Shown: positions 31,402 through 41,246, counted from the stretch's first letter. The stretch is 64,000 bases of DNA from an uncultured Rubrivivax sp. (GCA_964637205.1 CAZWUR010000006.1:5780-69779), one strand, 5' to 3'. Notes: generated from the sequence alone by a model not told the origin. A program made the numbers and translations.

Positions 31402-32283
31402 CTAGCGGCGCAACATCAGCACATTGCCGAGCACGGTCAGGCCGCCGCCGACCAGCGTCGCCCAGCCGGGCCGGTAGCCCTCGAAGGCGGCCGACACCGC
31501 CAGCGCCACCACCGGCGTCATCACGCCCACCGTCGAGGCCTTGCCCGGCCCCAGGCGCTGCTGCAGGGTCAGGAAGGCACCGAAGGCGAACACCGTGCCG
31601 GCGACCGACAGGTAGGCCAGGGACAGCCACCACGACACCGCGCCCGGCCAGGCGGAGGGCATCGGCACGCTGGCAAAGGCGACCAGCACGGCGCTGCCGG
31701 CGCCCCAGGCCAGGCCCCAGCCCAATGCAGGCCAGAAGGGCAGGCCGTGGTGGGCGTTGCGGCTCGCCGACAGCGCGCCGACCGTCGACAGCGCCACCGC
31801 GCCGAGCGTGAAGGCCAGGCCCAGGTCGGCGGTCGGGCTGCGGTCCGCGGTGGCCAGTTCGGGCGCGAAGATCAGCGCCACGCCGGCCAGGCCGAGCAGC
31901 CCGCCGGTGACGAAGCGCCCGCTCAGCGGCGTGCGCCACAGCCGCCAGGCGCCCAGGCCGGCGAGCAGGGGCGAGCCGGCATAACCCACCGCGACCAGGC
32001 CCGAGGGCACATGGCGCTCGGCATGGTAGACGCACAGATAGGCCAGCCCGTACATGAAGATGCCCTGGATGGCGAAGCGCCGCTGCTGCGCCCAGGCGAA
32101 GCGCAGCCGCTCGCCGCGCCAGGCGGCGACGGCGAACACCGTGGCCGCGGCGATGGCAAAACGTGCCGCTACCCCGTATTCCGGCGGCCAGACGGCGAGC
32201 TGGTAGGTGATGGCGTGCCAGGTCGTGCCCCAGATCAGCACCGCCAGGACGAACAGCTGCCAGGACGGCAGACGGGGCGACAT
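31402..32283 (-). CDS. DMT/EamA family transporter
   Basis: LIWGTTW, about 10 TMs, LAYLSVAGTV. Confidence 0.87.
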   Translation of the reverse strand: MSPRLPSWQLFVLAVLIWGTTWHAITYQLAVWPPEYGVAARFAIAAATVFAVAAWRGERLRFAWAQQRRFAIQGIFMYGLAYLCVYHAERHVPSGLVAVGYAGSPLLAGLGAWRLWRTPLSGRFVTGGLLGLAGVALIFAPELATADRSPTADLGLAFTLGAVALSTVGALSASRNAHHGLPFWPALGWGLAWGAGSAVLVAFASVPMPSAWPGAVSWWLSLAYLSVAGTVFAFGAFLTLQQRLGPGKASTVGVMTPVVALAVSAAFEGYRPGWATLVGGGLTVLGNVLMLRR

Positions 32284-32302
32284 CGTGCGGCGCCGCGCCG
32301 GA

Positions 32303-33154
32303 TCAGACGGCGAAACTTGCCTGCACGGGCTGCCCCAGGCGCAGGCTGCGGCCGACGCCCTCGAGCACGATCGCGTTCATGCCGAAGCTCACGCCGCCGT
32401 CCAGGCGCGCATCGGCGCGAAACCCGGCCAGGGTGCGGCCGGGTTCACCCTGCATCAGGCCGCTGGCCGGGTCGACGTTCGGGATCTGGCAACGGCCGCA
32501 GGGCTTGACCAGCTTCAGCCGCACCGGGCCATCGTCGGTCTCGATGCGCAGCTCGTCGATGTGGTCCTCGTCCCAGGGCTGCAGGCCCGACAGCACCAGG
32601 TTCGGCCGGAAGCGTCGCATCGCCACCTCGGCCTGACCGGCTTCGGCCAGGCGCCGGTTCAGGTCGCCGAGCGAATCCAGCGAAGCCACGAGCAAGGGGA
32701 AGCCGTCGGCAAACTCGACCGGCGCCTCGTGTTCGCCGGTCCATTGGCGATCGGCCAGGCGGCGTTCGTCGGGGTCGAAGCGCACCAGACGCGCCGGCGT
32801 GCCCAGGTAGTCGCTGAACCACTGCGCCGCCAGGTCGCCCATGTCCCAGGCCTTGACCAGGTCGCGCCAGACCCGGACCCGGGTCGGCGTCTCCGCCCGG
32901 TCCAGCGCCAGGTGCAGGCCGAGCATGCCGGGCGCCTTCAGCAGCAGGTCCGACAGGCGCAGGGTCGGCTGCACCAGGGCCAGCTTCGGATGTTCACGCT
33001 GGGTCAGCATCGTGCCCTGCGGCGTCACCACCATCCAGGCCCGGTCGAGGTCGAAACCGGTCTCGACGAGCAGGGCCTCGCGGGGCGCCAGCGCGCCGCA
33101 GGACTTGACCGGGTGCAGGCCGAGGGCGGCCAGCGTGCATTCGATATCGCTCAT
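32303..33154 (-). CDS. MOSC domain protein (YcbX-like, no ferredoxin domain)
   Basis: HPVKSC, DRAWMV, FADGFP, RFRPNLV, KPCGRC. Confidence 0.92.
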   Translation of the reverse strand: MSDIECTLAALGLHPVKSCGALAPREALLVETGFDLDRAWMVVTPQGTMLTQREHPKLALVQPTLRLSDLLLKAPGMLGLHLALDRAETPTRVRVWRDLVKAWDMGDLAAQWFSDYLGTPARLVRFDPDERRLADRQWTGEHEAPVEFADGFPLLVASLDSLGDLNRRLAEAGQAEVAMRRFRPNLVLSGLQPWDEDHIDELRIETDDGPVRLKLVKPCGRCQIPNVDPASGLMQGEPGRTLAGFRADARLDGGVSFGMNAIVLEGVGRSLRLGQPVQASFAV

Positions 33155-33213
33155 GGAAGGGTTCTGTGCTCAAGCGCGGCCCGGGATTGTGCCGCCTTCC
33201 TACAATATGGCCG

Positions 33214-34326
33214 ATGTCTTCTCCCGTGATCTGCGTGCGCGGCTCCGGCGCCGTGGCCCTGTGCGCCGCCCTGGCGCTGGGCCGCCGCGGCCTGGACGTG
33301 CGCCTGCAGGCGGCGCTGCACATGCCGCGCGTCGACGTGCGCACCTATGCGCTCAGCGCCAGTGCGGTCGGCCTGCTGCAGCGGCTGCGCGTCTGGGACG
33401 CGCTGCCCGCCGATGCACGCACGCCGGTGCTGGACATGCGCATCGCCGGCGACCAGCCCGGCAGCAGCCTGCACTTCTCGGCCTGGAGCGCGGCCCTCGA
33501 CGCGCTGAGCTGGATCGTCGACGCGGCCGAGCTCGAAGCCGCGTTGCGCGCCGCGCTGCGTTTTGCGCCGCATGTGGCGCTTGTCGATCCGGACCGGCCG
33601 GTCGCCGATGCGGCCCTGCTCGTGCTCGCCGAGGGCCGCGACTCGGCCAGCCGCGAACGCCTGGGCGTGCAGATGCCGCGCGCGCTGTACGGCCAGCGCG
33701 GCGTCGCCGCGCGGCTGCGCGCCGACCAGGCGCATGGCGGCCTGGCGCGCCAGTGGTTCCGCAGCCCCGACGTGCTCGCGCTGCTGCCTTTCGACCGTCC
33801 CGAGCCGGGCGCCAGCTACGGCCTGGTCTGGTCGCTGCCCGACGCGCAGGCCGACGCCCTGCTGGCCCTGGACGATGCGGCCTTCGAGGCGCAGCTGATG
33901 CAGGCCACCGGCGGCGTGGCCGGCGGCCTGCACCTGGCCAGCGAACGCGCCGCCTGGCCGCTGGCCCTGGCCCGCGCCGAAGCCGTCAGCGGCCCCGGCT
34001 GGGTGCTGCTGGGCGACGCGGCGCACCTGGTGCATCCGCTGGCCGGCCAGGGCCTGAACCTGGGCCTGGCCGACGTGCTGGCGCTGGACGCGGTGATCGC
34101 GGCGCGTGAACCCTGGCGGCCGCTGGGCGACCCGAAGCTGCTGCGCCGCTATGCCCGCCAGCGTGCCTTGCCGACGCTGGCGATGGGCGGGCTCACCGAC
34201 GCCTTGCTGCAACTTTTTGCCAGCCCGCAGCCCGCGCTGCGGGAACTCCGCAACCGCGGCCTGACTCTTGTCGATCACCTGCCGCCGCTCAAGCGCTGGC
34301 TGGTTGCCTCGGCCCGCCAGGGCTGA
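33214..34326 (+). CDS. UbiH/UbiF/UbiI family FAD monooxygenase
   Basis: RTYALS, ARQWF, LALLP, LLGDAAHLVHPLAGQGLNLGLAD. Confidence 0.88.
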   Translation: MSSPVICVRGSGAVALCAALALGRRGLDVRLQAALHMPRVDVRTYALSASAVGLLQRLRVWDALPADARTPVLDMRIAGDQPGSSLHFSAWSAALDALSWIVDAAELEAALRAALRFAPHVALVDPDRPVADAALLVLAEGRDSASRERLGVQMPRALYGQRGVAARLRADQAHGGLARQWFRSPDVLALLPFDRPEPGASYGLVWSLPDAQADALLALDDAAFEAQLMQATGGVAGGLHLASERAAWPLALARAEAVSGPGWVLLGDAAHLVHPLAGQGLNLGLADVLALDAVIAAREPWRPLGDPKLLRRYARQRALPTLAMGGLTDALLQLFASPQPALRELRNRGLTLVDHLPPLKRWLVASARQG

Positions 34327-34352
34327 GCCCGTATCCCTCCAAGAAGGCATCC

Positions 34353-35075
34353 ATGAAGACCCCGACCCTGCTCGCCCTGGCCGCCGCCGGCCTGATGCTG
34401 CTCGGCGCCGTGCAGGCCCAGGAAGCGGTCATCCGCAAGAACCTGGCCGAGCGCCTGCCCAACTTCCCGAAGATCGACGAGATCAGCAAGACGCCGATCC
34501 CCGGCCTGTACGAGATCCGCATCGGCAGCGATGTGCTGTACAGCGACGAGCAGGGCAACCATGTCGTGCAGGGCCAGATCATCGACACCCGCACGCGCGA
34601 AAACCTGACCGAGGCGCGCCTGGAAAAGCTCACCGCGATCAACTTCGCCGAGCTGCCGATGAAGGACGCGATGGTCATGAAGCAAGGCAGCGGCGCGCGC
34701 AAGCTGGTCGTCTTCGCCGACCCGAACTGCGGCTATTGCAAGCGCTTCGAGCGCGACCTGCTGAAGGTCAAGGACGTGACCATCTACACCTTCCTGTACC
34801 CGATCCTGGGGCCGGACTCCCACGTCAAGTCCAAGGACATCTGGTGCGCCAAGGAGTCGGCCCAGGTCTGGCGCGACTGGATGGTCAACGGCAAGGCGCC
34901 GCCCAAGACCATGGGCGAGTGCGACAGCAGCGTGCTCGAGCGCAACGTCGCGCTCGGCCAGAAGCACCGCGTCAACGGCACACCGGCCCTGGTCTTCGAG
35001 AACGGGGTGCGCAAGCCGGGCGCGCTGCCGGCGGCCCAGGTCGAGAAGCTGCTCGCGGCCGCGACGCCGAAGTGA
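34353..35075 (+). CDS. dsbC: Thiol:disulfide interchange protein DsbC
   Basis: Signal peptide, TPIPGLYE, FADPNCGYC, NGTP. Confidence 0.93.
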   Translation: MKTPTLLALAAAGLMLLGAVQAQEAVIRKNLAERLPNFPKIDEISKTPIPGLYEIRIGSDVLYSDEQGNHVVQGQIIDTRTRENLTEARLEKLTAINFAELPMKDAMVMKQGSGARKLVVFADPNCGYCKRFERDLLKVKDVTIYTFLYPILGPDSHVKSKDIWCAKESAQVWRDWMVNGKAPPKTMGECDSSVLERNVALGQKHRVNGTPALVFENGVRKPGALPAAQVEKLLAAATPK

Positions 35076-35110
35076 AGCCCGAGCCGGCCGTCACCCGCCG
35101 CTGTGCGGCT

Positions 35111-35134
35111 TGATGACCTGATGGCCTGATGGCC
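35111..35134 (+). repeat. 8-bp tandem repeat (TGATGRCC)x3 at the M61 peptidase start
   Basis: TGATGACC TGATGGCC TGATGGCC. Confidence 0.85.
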
Positions 35135-36868
35135 CCCGCCCGCAGCACGGCCCCGCATTACCGCGTCGCTTTCGACGACCGCCGGCAACATCTGATTCGC
35201 GTCTCGCTGCGCCTGGCGTCCCCGGCGGCGCGGCAGGTCCTGTCGCTGCCGGTGTGGCTGCCCGGCAGCTATCTGCTGCGCGAATTTGCCCGCCATCTGC
35301 AGGACCTGCAGGGCACGCAGGGCGGCCGGCCGGTGCACATCGAGCAGCTCGACAAGACGCGCTGGGTCGCGCATTGCGAGGGTGACGCCGCGCTCGAGCT
35401 GCGCTGGCGGGTGCATGCGCTCGACCCTTCGGTGCGCGGCGCCTGGCTCGACGAGGCGCGCGGATTTTTCAACGGTGCCAGCCTGTTCCTGGCCGCCGAG
35501 GGCCGCACGATGCAGCCCCAGCGCCTGAGCCTGGGCCGGCTGCCGGCAGGCTGGGACGTGGCCACCGCGATGCAGCGGACCGGCCCGCGCCAGACCTATG
35601 AGGCCGCCGACTATGCCGAACTGATCGACCACCCGGTCGAACTCGGCGAATTCTGGTGCGGTGCCTTCGACGTGGCCGGCGTGCCGCATGAAATGATCGT
35701 CACCGGCGCCTGGCCCGGTTTCGACGGCGCGCGGCTGCTCGCCGACGCGGCACGCATCTGCCGGGCCCAGGTCCGGCTCTGGCATGGGCGCGGCAAGCCG
35801 CCGTTCCAGCGCTACGTCTTCCTGCTGCGCGCCGCCGACGAAGGGCAGGGCGGCCTCGAGCACCGCGCCAGCGCGGCGCTGCTGGCGCGGCGCAGCGAGC
35901 TGCCGCGCGCCGGCACCGCCGCCGACGACGCCGGCTATCTGCGCCTGCTGGGCCTGATCAGCCACGAATATTTCCACGCCTGGAACGTGAAGCGGCTGAC
36001 CCCGGTGGAGCTGGCGGCGCCCGACCTCGGGCAGGAGGCCTATACGCGGCTGCTGTGGTGGTTCGAGGGCGTGACTTCCTACTACGACGACCTGATGCTG
36101 CTGCGCAGCGGCCTGATCACACCCGCGGCCTGGCTGCGCCTGCTGGCGGCGCATCTGCAGCAGGTGGCGGCGACGCCGGGCCGGCATCTGCAGAGCGTGG
36201 CCCAGGCCAGTTTCGACGCCTGGACGCGCTACTACCGGCCCGACGCGCACACCCCCAACGGCACCGTCAGCTATTACGCCAAGGGCGCGCTGGTGGCCGC
36301 CTGCCTGGACCTGAGCCTGCGCCTCGAAGGCCGGGGTTCGCTCGACGGCGTGCTGCGCCGCCTGTGGGCCCTGGGCCGGCCGGTGACGGCCGACGACATC
36401 GCTGCGGCGCTGGCCGACGAAGGCGGGCGCAGCTTCCAGGCCGAACTCGACGACTGGGTGCACGGTACCGGCGAGCTGCCGCTGGCCGAACTGCTGCGCC
36501 GCTTCGGCGTCGCCGCGCGTGCCGATGTGCCGGACCTCGCCGGCCGCTGGGGCCTGCGCGTCGGCGAAGGCCCGGTCACCGGCGTGGTGGTGCGCCATGT
36601 GCTGCGCGGCGCTGCCGCCGAGGCCGCCGGCGTGCAGCCGGGCGACGAACTGCTGGCGGTGAACGGCTGGCGGCTGCGCCGGCTCGACGATGCGCTGGGC
36701 TGGCTGGCGTCCGGGGCCGATGCCAGCTTGCTCCTGGTGCGCGACCAGCGTGTGTCCAGCCTGCGCCTGCCGGCGCTGGAGCCGGCGGTGCCCGCCTGGC
36801 AGCTGCAGCTCGTCGATGATGCCGCGCCGGCTGACGAGGCCCGCCGCCGCGCCTGGCTCGGGGCCTGA
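35129..36868 (+). CDS. M61 family metallopeptidase with C-terminal PDZ domain
   Basis: LPVWLPGSY, GGLEH, HEYFHAWNVKR, LWWFEGVTSYY, SYYAKGA, PDZ AGVQPGDELLAVNG. Confidence 0.93.
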   Translation: MAPARSTAPHYRVAFDDRRQHLIRVSLRLASPAARQVLSLPVWLPGSYLLREFARHLQDLQGTQGGRPVHIEQLDKTRWVAHCEGDAALELRWRVHALDPSVRGAWLDEARGFFNGASLFLAAEGRTMQPQRLSLGRLPAGWDVATAMQRTGPRQTYEAADYAELIDHPVELGEFWCGAFDVAGVPHEMIVTGAWPGFDGARLLADAARICRAQVRLWHGRGKPPFQRYVFLLRAADEGQGGLEHRASAALLARRSELPRAGTAADDAGYLRLLGLISHEYFHAWNVKRLTPVELAAPDLGQEAYTRLLWWFEGVTSYYDDLMLLRSGLITPAAWLRLLAAHLQQVAATPGRHLQSVAQASFDAWTRYYRPDAHTPNGTVSYYAKGALVAACLDLSLRLEGRGSLDGVLRRLWALGRPVTADDIAAALADEGGRSFQAELDDWVHGTGELPLAELLRRFGVAARADVPDLAGRWGLRVGEGPVTGVVVRHVLRGAAAEAAGVQPGDELLAVNGWRLRRLDDALGWLASGADASLLLVRDQRVSSLRLPALEPAVPAWQLQLVDDAAPADEARRRAWLGA

Positions 36869-36871
36869 AAC

Positions 36872-38137
36872 ATGCACCGGGCGCCGCCTGCGCGCCGAAG
36901 CCGGCGCGGGCTCGCCGCGGGCCTGCTGCTGGTCGGCGTCACGGCCCTGCACCTGGGCCTGGCCGACCGCCTGCTGCAGGCCTGGCCGCGCGCCGCCGAC
37001 AGCCGTCCGGCGCGGCTGAAGGTGGCCTTCGTGCGCACCCTGCAGCCGCAGGCGCCGAGCCCGGTGGCAGCGCTGGCGGAGCCGGCGCCGAAGGCCCCGG
37101 CGGCGGCACTGCCGGCCGAGCTGCCTGCTTCGGCGGCAGCGGCGTCCGACCTGCCGCCGGTGCCATTGCCTGAGCCGCCGGACCCGCCTGCACGAACGCC
37201 GCCTGGTCCACCGGCGCCTGCGCCTGAACCCGCGCTCGCCGCGGCGTCGACGCCTGCCGACCCGCCGCCCGCCGTTGTGGCATCGACAGCCGAGCCGCCG
37301 GCCGCACCGGCCTCGGCTGCGGCCTTCGAATGGCCGCCGTCGACCCGGCTGCGCTATGTGCTGACCGGCCACTACCGCGGCCCGATCGACGGCAGCGCAC
37401 AGGTGCAGTGGCTGCGCCAGGGCAGGCATTACCAGGTGCATCTGGACGTGCACGTCGGCCCGCCCTTTGCCGCCATCATCGAGCGCCAGATGAGCAGCGA
37501 CGGCAGCCTGGGTGCCGACGGCCTGCGCCCGCGCCGCTACGACGAACGCACGCATATCGCGTTTCGTGAACCGCGCTCGCTGAGCCTGTTTTTCGACGCC
37601 GACACGGTGCAGCTCGCCGGCGGGCACAGCGTGCCGCGCCCGCCGGGGGTGCAGGACGCGGTGAGCCAGTTCGTGCAGCTGACCTGGCGCTTCACGCTGC
37701 AGCCGGCCCTGCTCAGCGAGGGCCAGGTGATCGAGCTGCCGCTGGCCCTGCCGCGCCGCGTCGAGACCTGGGTCTACGACGTGCGCGCCAGCGAAACCCT
37801 GTGGACGCCGGTGGGCGCCATCGACGCGGTGCATGTGCAGCCGCGCCGCGAGCCGCGGCCGGGCGGCGACCTGGTGGCCGAGATGTGGTTCGCGCCCACG
37901 TTGCAGTACCTGCCGGTGCGCATCAAGATCCGGCAGGATGCCCAGACCTGGATCGACCTGCTGGTCGACAGGCTGCCTGAACAGGCGGGCGTCGAGCCCG
38001 CCATAGCCGAACAGGCGGGCGTCGAGCCCGCCATAGCCGAACAGGCGGGCGTCGAGCCCGCCGTGAACGGGCCAGCGGACCCGGCGCCCGCCGTACCATC
38101 GGCATCGCGTCCAACACCATCCCTGCGGAGCCCCTGA
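36872..38137 (+). CDS. DUF3108-like protein with Pro/Ala-rich linker
   Basis: N-terminal hydrophobic segment, P/A linker, [31 protein letters not shown]. Confidence 0.72.
   Translation: MHRAPPARRSRRGLAAGLLLVGVTALHLGLADRLLQAWPRAADSRPARLKVAFVRTLQPQAPSPVAALAEPAPKAPAAALPAELPASAAAASDLPPVPLPEPPDPPARTPPGPPAPAPEPALAAASTPADPPPAVVASTAEPPAAPASAAAFEWPPSTRLRYVLTGHYRGPIDGSAQVQWLRQGRHYQVHLDVHVGPPFAAIIERQMSSDGSLGADGLRPRRYDERTHIAFREPRSLSLFFDADTVQLAGGHSVPRPPGVQDAVSQFVQLTWRFTLQPALLSEGQVIELPLALPRRVETWVYDVRASETLWTPVGAIDAVHVQPRREPRPGGDLVAEMWFAPTLQYLPVRIKIRQDAQTWIDLLVDRLPEQAGVEPAIAEQAGVEPAIAEQAGVEPAVNGPADPAPAVPSASRPTPSLRSP
37979..38062 (+). repeat. 30-bp tandem repeat x2.8, each unit with an internal palindrome
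   Basis: GAACAGGCGGGCGTCGAGCCCGCCATAGCC; stem GGCGGGC/GCCCGCC; encodes [10 protein letters not shown]. Confidence 0.95.
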
Positions 38138-38919
38138 TGTCCGAAGCCTTCATCCTGACCGACCTGCGCGGCGACGGCGAGCGCCGCACTGCGCTCATCA
38201 CCCTGAACCGCCCGAAGCAGCTCAACGCGCTCAACGACGGCCTGATGGACCAGCTCGGCGAGGCCCTGCTGCGCTTCGACGCCGACCCGGCGATCGGCTG
38301 CATCGTGCTCACCGGCTCGGAGAAGGCCTTCGCCGCCGGCGCCGACATCGGCGTGCTCGCGCAGCACGATTTCATCTCCGCCTACACCAGCGACCTGATC
38401 ACGCGCAACTGGGAGACGATTCGCCGCGTGCGCAAGCCCGTGATTGCCGCGGTGGCCGGTTTTGCGCTCGGCGGCGGCTGCGAGCTGGCGATGATGTGCG
38501 ACGTGATCCTGGCCGCCGACAACGCCAGGTTCGGCCAGCCCGAGATCAAGCTCGGCATCATCCCCGGTGCCGGCGGCACCCAGCGCCTGCCGCGCGCCAT
38601 CGGCAAGGCCAAGGCCATGGACCTGGTGCTGTCGGGCCGCATGATGGACGCGCAGGAAGCCGAGCGCGCCGGCCTGGTGTCGCGCATCGTGCCCGCCGAC
38701 AAACTGCTGGACGAGGCGCTGGCCCTGGGCGAGCTGGTCTGTGCCCTGGGCACGGCCAGCGTTCTGGCCGCCAAGGAATGTGTCAACCGCGCCTACGAGA
38801 GCACGCTCAGTGACGGCTTGATGACCGAGCGCCGGCTGTTCCATGCCCTGTTCGGCACGCCCGACCAGAAAGAGGGCATGGACGCCTTCCAGGGCAAGCG
38901 CAAGGCCCGCTTCGCTTGA
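38137..38919 (+). CDS. Enoyl-CoA hydratase (crotonase family)
   Basis: [41 protein letters not shown]. Confidence 0.95.
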   Translation: MSEAFILTDLRGDGERRTALITLNRPKQLNALNDGLMDQLGEALLRFDADPAIGCIVLTGSEKAFAAGADIGVLAQHDFISAYTSDLITRNWETIRRVRKPVIAAVAGFALGGGCELAMMCDVILAADNARFGQPEIKLGIIPGAGGTQRLPRAIGKAKAMDLVLSGRMMDAQEAERAGLVSRIVPADKLLDEALALGELVCALGTASVLAAKECVNRAYESTLSDGLMTERRLFHALFGTPDQKEGMDAFQGKRKARFA

Positions 38920-38929
38920 TCCAGATCGC
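38916..38929. promoter_or_regulatory. FNR-like box upstream of orphan sensor kinase
   Basis: TTGAT-CCAG-ATCGC; 15-mer GCTTGATCCAGATCG identical to 3786-3800. Confidence 0.5.
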
Positions 38930-39005
38930 CGCGGGTTGGTAGACCTGCGGCATCATCGGTCTGTTGGCCGGATGGGGTTCCGGTGTCTTGCCTGCTGGAG
39001 AAGGC

Positions 39006-40661
39006 ATGTCTGCGCAGAGCGTGGTCACGGAGAAGAACAACCGACCGGCGCCCGACGGCGTGGCTGCCCAGCGGCGGGACGTGCGCGCCTGTGCCAGCGC
39101 CGCCGGCGCCCTGTGCCTGCTGGCGCTCTTCGGCTGGCTGACCGGCGAGGACCTGTTCACGCGCCTGCTGCCCGGCCTGCCGTCGATGAAGGTCAACACC
39201 GCGCTGGCCATGCTGCTGCTCGCGGTGTCGATCTGGCGCGCCGCCGCCGGCGGCCGCTGGCCGCTGTTCGGTGCGCCGCTGGCGGTGGCGCTGGCCGCGC
39301 TGACCCTGGTGCAGCCGATCTTCGGGGTCGACTTCGGGCTCGACGAATGGCTGCTGCGCGACCTGGCCACGCCAGAGGAAGAACACCCGGGCCGCATGGC
39401 GGTGATGACCTCGGTGGCGGTGCTGCTGCTGGGATCGGGCCTGTGGCTGATCCACCATCGGCCCGGGTCGCACACACTGGCGCGACGGCTGCCCGTGCTC
39501 GCTGCACTGGCCATCGCCTACGTCGCGTCGGTGGGCTTCCTCGTCGGTGTGCAGTGGAGCGGCCTGCCGGGCCTGCTGATGGGCAGCCTGTCCCTGCCCA
39601 CGGCGAGTGTGCTGCTGTTGCTAGGGGCGGCCGTGGTCCGCCTGGACGCAATGCCGGGGCGGCACCCGCCGACCACGGACAGGCGCATGTTTTCCCGCGC
39701 CGGTGCCCGCTTCGCGATGATCACCTTGCCGCTGGCGCTGTTCCTGCCGGCGGCCATCGCCTGGCTGCGTGAAGGGCTGGTCCGCCACGGGGTGCTGGCC
39801 GTCGACGACGGCCAGGCCCTGGCGTTTGCGACCCTGGGCCTGCTCTTCGGCCTGCTGGCGATGGGCGCAGCCTGCTGGATCTCGGGCCTCGAGCTGTCGC
39901 TGCGTGCCGCCACCGATGCGCTGGCGCTGCGGGTCGACGAGCGCAGCGCGCAGCTGCGCGCCGCCCAGGCCAGCGACCGGGCCCGCGTGCAGCAGCTGGG
40001 GGTGGTCAGCCACGAACTGCGCACGCCGCTGAACGCGGTGATCGGCTTCTCCGACCTGCTGCGCGCCGACGCGACGCTGGCGCCGCGCCAGCGCGAGTTT
40101 GTCGAGCAGGTCGGCAAGGCCGGGCGCCATATGCTCAAGGTCATCGGCGACCTGACCGAGCTCAGCCTGCTCGATGCCGGCCAGGCCCAGCTGGACATCG
40201 CGCCGCTGGACGCCGCGCAGGCCCTGCACGAGGTCCTGACCCTGGTGGCTGCCGATGCCGAGGTGGCCGGCGTGACGCTGGCAGTAGACGCGCAGGGCGC
40301 CGTTCAGGTGCTGGCCGACGCACGTCGCCTGCAGCAGGTGCTGATCAACCTGGTCGGCAATGCCATCAAGTACAACCGGCCCGGCGGTCGGGTGCGCCTG
40401 CATGCCGGGCCCGACAGCGAAGCGGGCTACCGCGCACTGGTCGTCGAGGACAGCGGGCTGGGCCTGACGCTGCAACAGCAGGCCCGGCTGTACGAACCCT
40501 ACAACCGGCTCGGGCGCGAGCAGGGCGAGATCGAGGGCACCGGCCTGGGGCTGGCCCTGGTGCGCAGCCTGGTGCAGGCGATGGGCGGGCGCATCGAGGT
40601 GCGCAGCGAGCCCGGGGTCGGCAGCCGCTTCAGCGTGCACCTGCCCGCGGCGCCGGGCTGA
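39006..40661 (+). CDS. Multi-TM sensor histidine kinase (no receiver domain)
   Basis: Hydrophobic N-terminal half (MKVNTA, PGRMA), SHELRTPLN, NLVGNAIKY, GTGLGL. Confidence 0.88.
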   Translation: MSAQSVVTEKNNRPAPDGVAAQRRDVRACASAAGALCLLALFGWLTGEDLFTRLLPGLPSMKVNTALAMLLLAVSIWRAAAGGRWPLFGAPLAVALAALTLVQPIFGVDFGLDEWLLRDLATPEEEHPGRMAVMTSVAVLLLGSGLWLIHHRPGSHTLARRLPVLAALAIAYVASVGFLVGVQWSGLPGLLMGSLSLPTASVLLLLGAAVVRLDAMPGRHPPTTDRRMFSRAGARFAMITLPLALFLPAAIAWLREGLVRHGVLAVDDGQALAFATLGLLFGLLAMGAACWISGLELSLRAATDALALRVDERSAQLRAAQASDRARVQQLGVVSHELRTPLNAVIGFSDLLRADATLAPRQREFVEQVGKAGRHMLKVIGDLTELSLLDAGQAQLDIAPLDAAQALHEVLTLVAADAEVAGVTLAVDAQGAVQVLADARRLQQVLINLVGNAIKYNRPGGRVRLHAGPDSEAGYRALVVEDSGLGLTLQQQARLYEPYNRLGREQGEIEGTGLGLALVRSLVQAMGGRIEVRSEPGVGSRFSVHLPAAPG

Positions 40662-40683
40662 CGCGCGGGATTCGTTCTCAGGC

Positions 40684-41235
40684 TCAGGGCGTCAGCCAGG
40701 TGCTGGCGTCGCCGGCCAGCCGGGCGCGGCGGTGGCCGTCGGCGTGCAGCTCCATCCAGTCGATCTGGTCGACATGCGCCGTGACCACGGCGAAATGTTC
40801 GCGCGAACCACGCTCGGGCTGGTAACGGTCGACAGCCGTGCCCGGCGGCAGCGCCGCCAGGTAGTCCTGCGCCGCGGGCGACAGTTTCACCTGCGCCCAG
40901 CGCGAGCTGACGTCCAGGCCGGCGGTCTGGATGTCGAGCGTGACGCGCAGGCGCAGCTGCCAGCCCGGCCGCGGCCACCAGCCCACCAGCATGCCGTGCG
41001 GGTTGGCGCGCATCTGCGCCACCTTGGGGCTGCGTCCGTCGGTATAGAAAACCAGTTCCTGCGTCGCGGCATTCACGTCGCGCAGCACCACGCAGCGCGC
41101 GTCGGCGCCGGCGCCGTCCGCGGTGGCCAGGGTCATCACGCGCCAGGGATGTTCGCGGTCGTGCGCGGCGTGGCCGAGTTCGATCCAGCAGGCACGCTCA
41201 ATCATGTGCAGCGATTCGAGGCGGGCAGTGGCCAT
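40684..41235 (-). CDS. Pyridoxamine 5'-phosphate oxidase-like FMN-binding protein
   Basis: HPWRVMTLAT, ARCVVLR, FYTDGRSPKV, QLRL; GAGGA RBS. Confidence 0.85.
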   Translation of the reverse strand: MATARLESLHMIERACWIELGHAAHDREHPWRVMTLATADGAGADARCVVLRDVNAATQELVFYTDGRSPKVAQMRANPHGMLVGWWPRPGWQLRLRVTLDIQTAGLDVSSRWAQVKLSPAAQDYLAALPPGTAVDRYQPERGSREHFAVVTAHVDQIDWMELHADGHRRARLAGDASTWLTP

Positions 41236-41246
41236 CGAAACTGTCC

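Noticed and set aside
34784..37834. 1016-aa ORF on the - strand, and other long R/A/P/G-rich ORFs (e.g. 686-2791, 28274-30733, 19794-21950)
   Set aside because: Overlap well-supported genes; low-complexity translations typical of alternative frames in high-GC DNA
37979..38062. Palindromic 30-bp repeat as a CRISPR array
   Set aside because: Units are directly adjacent with no unique spacers, lie in frame inside a CDS, and no cas genes are present
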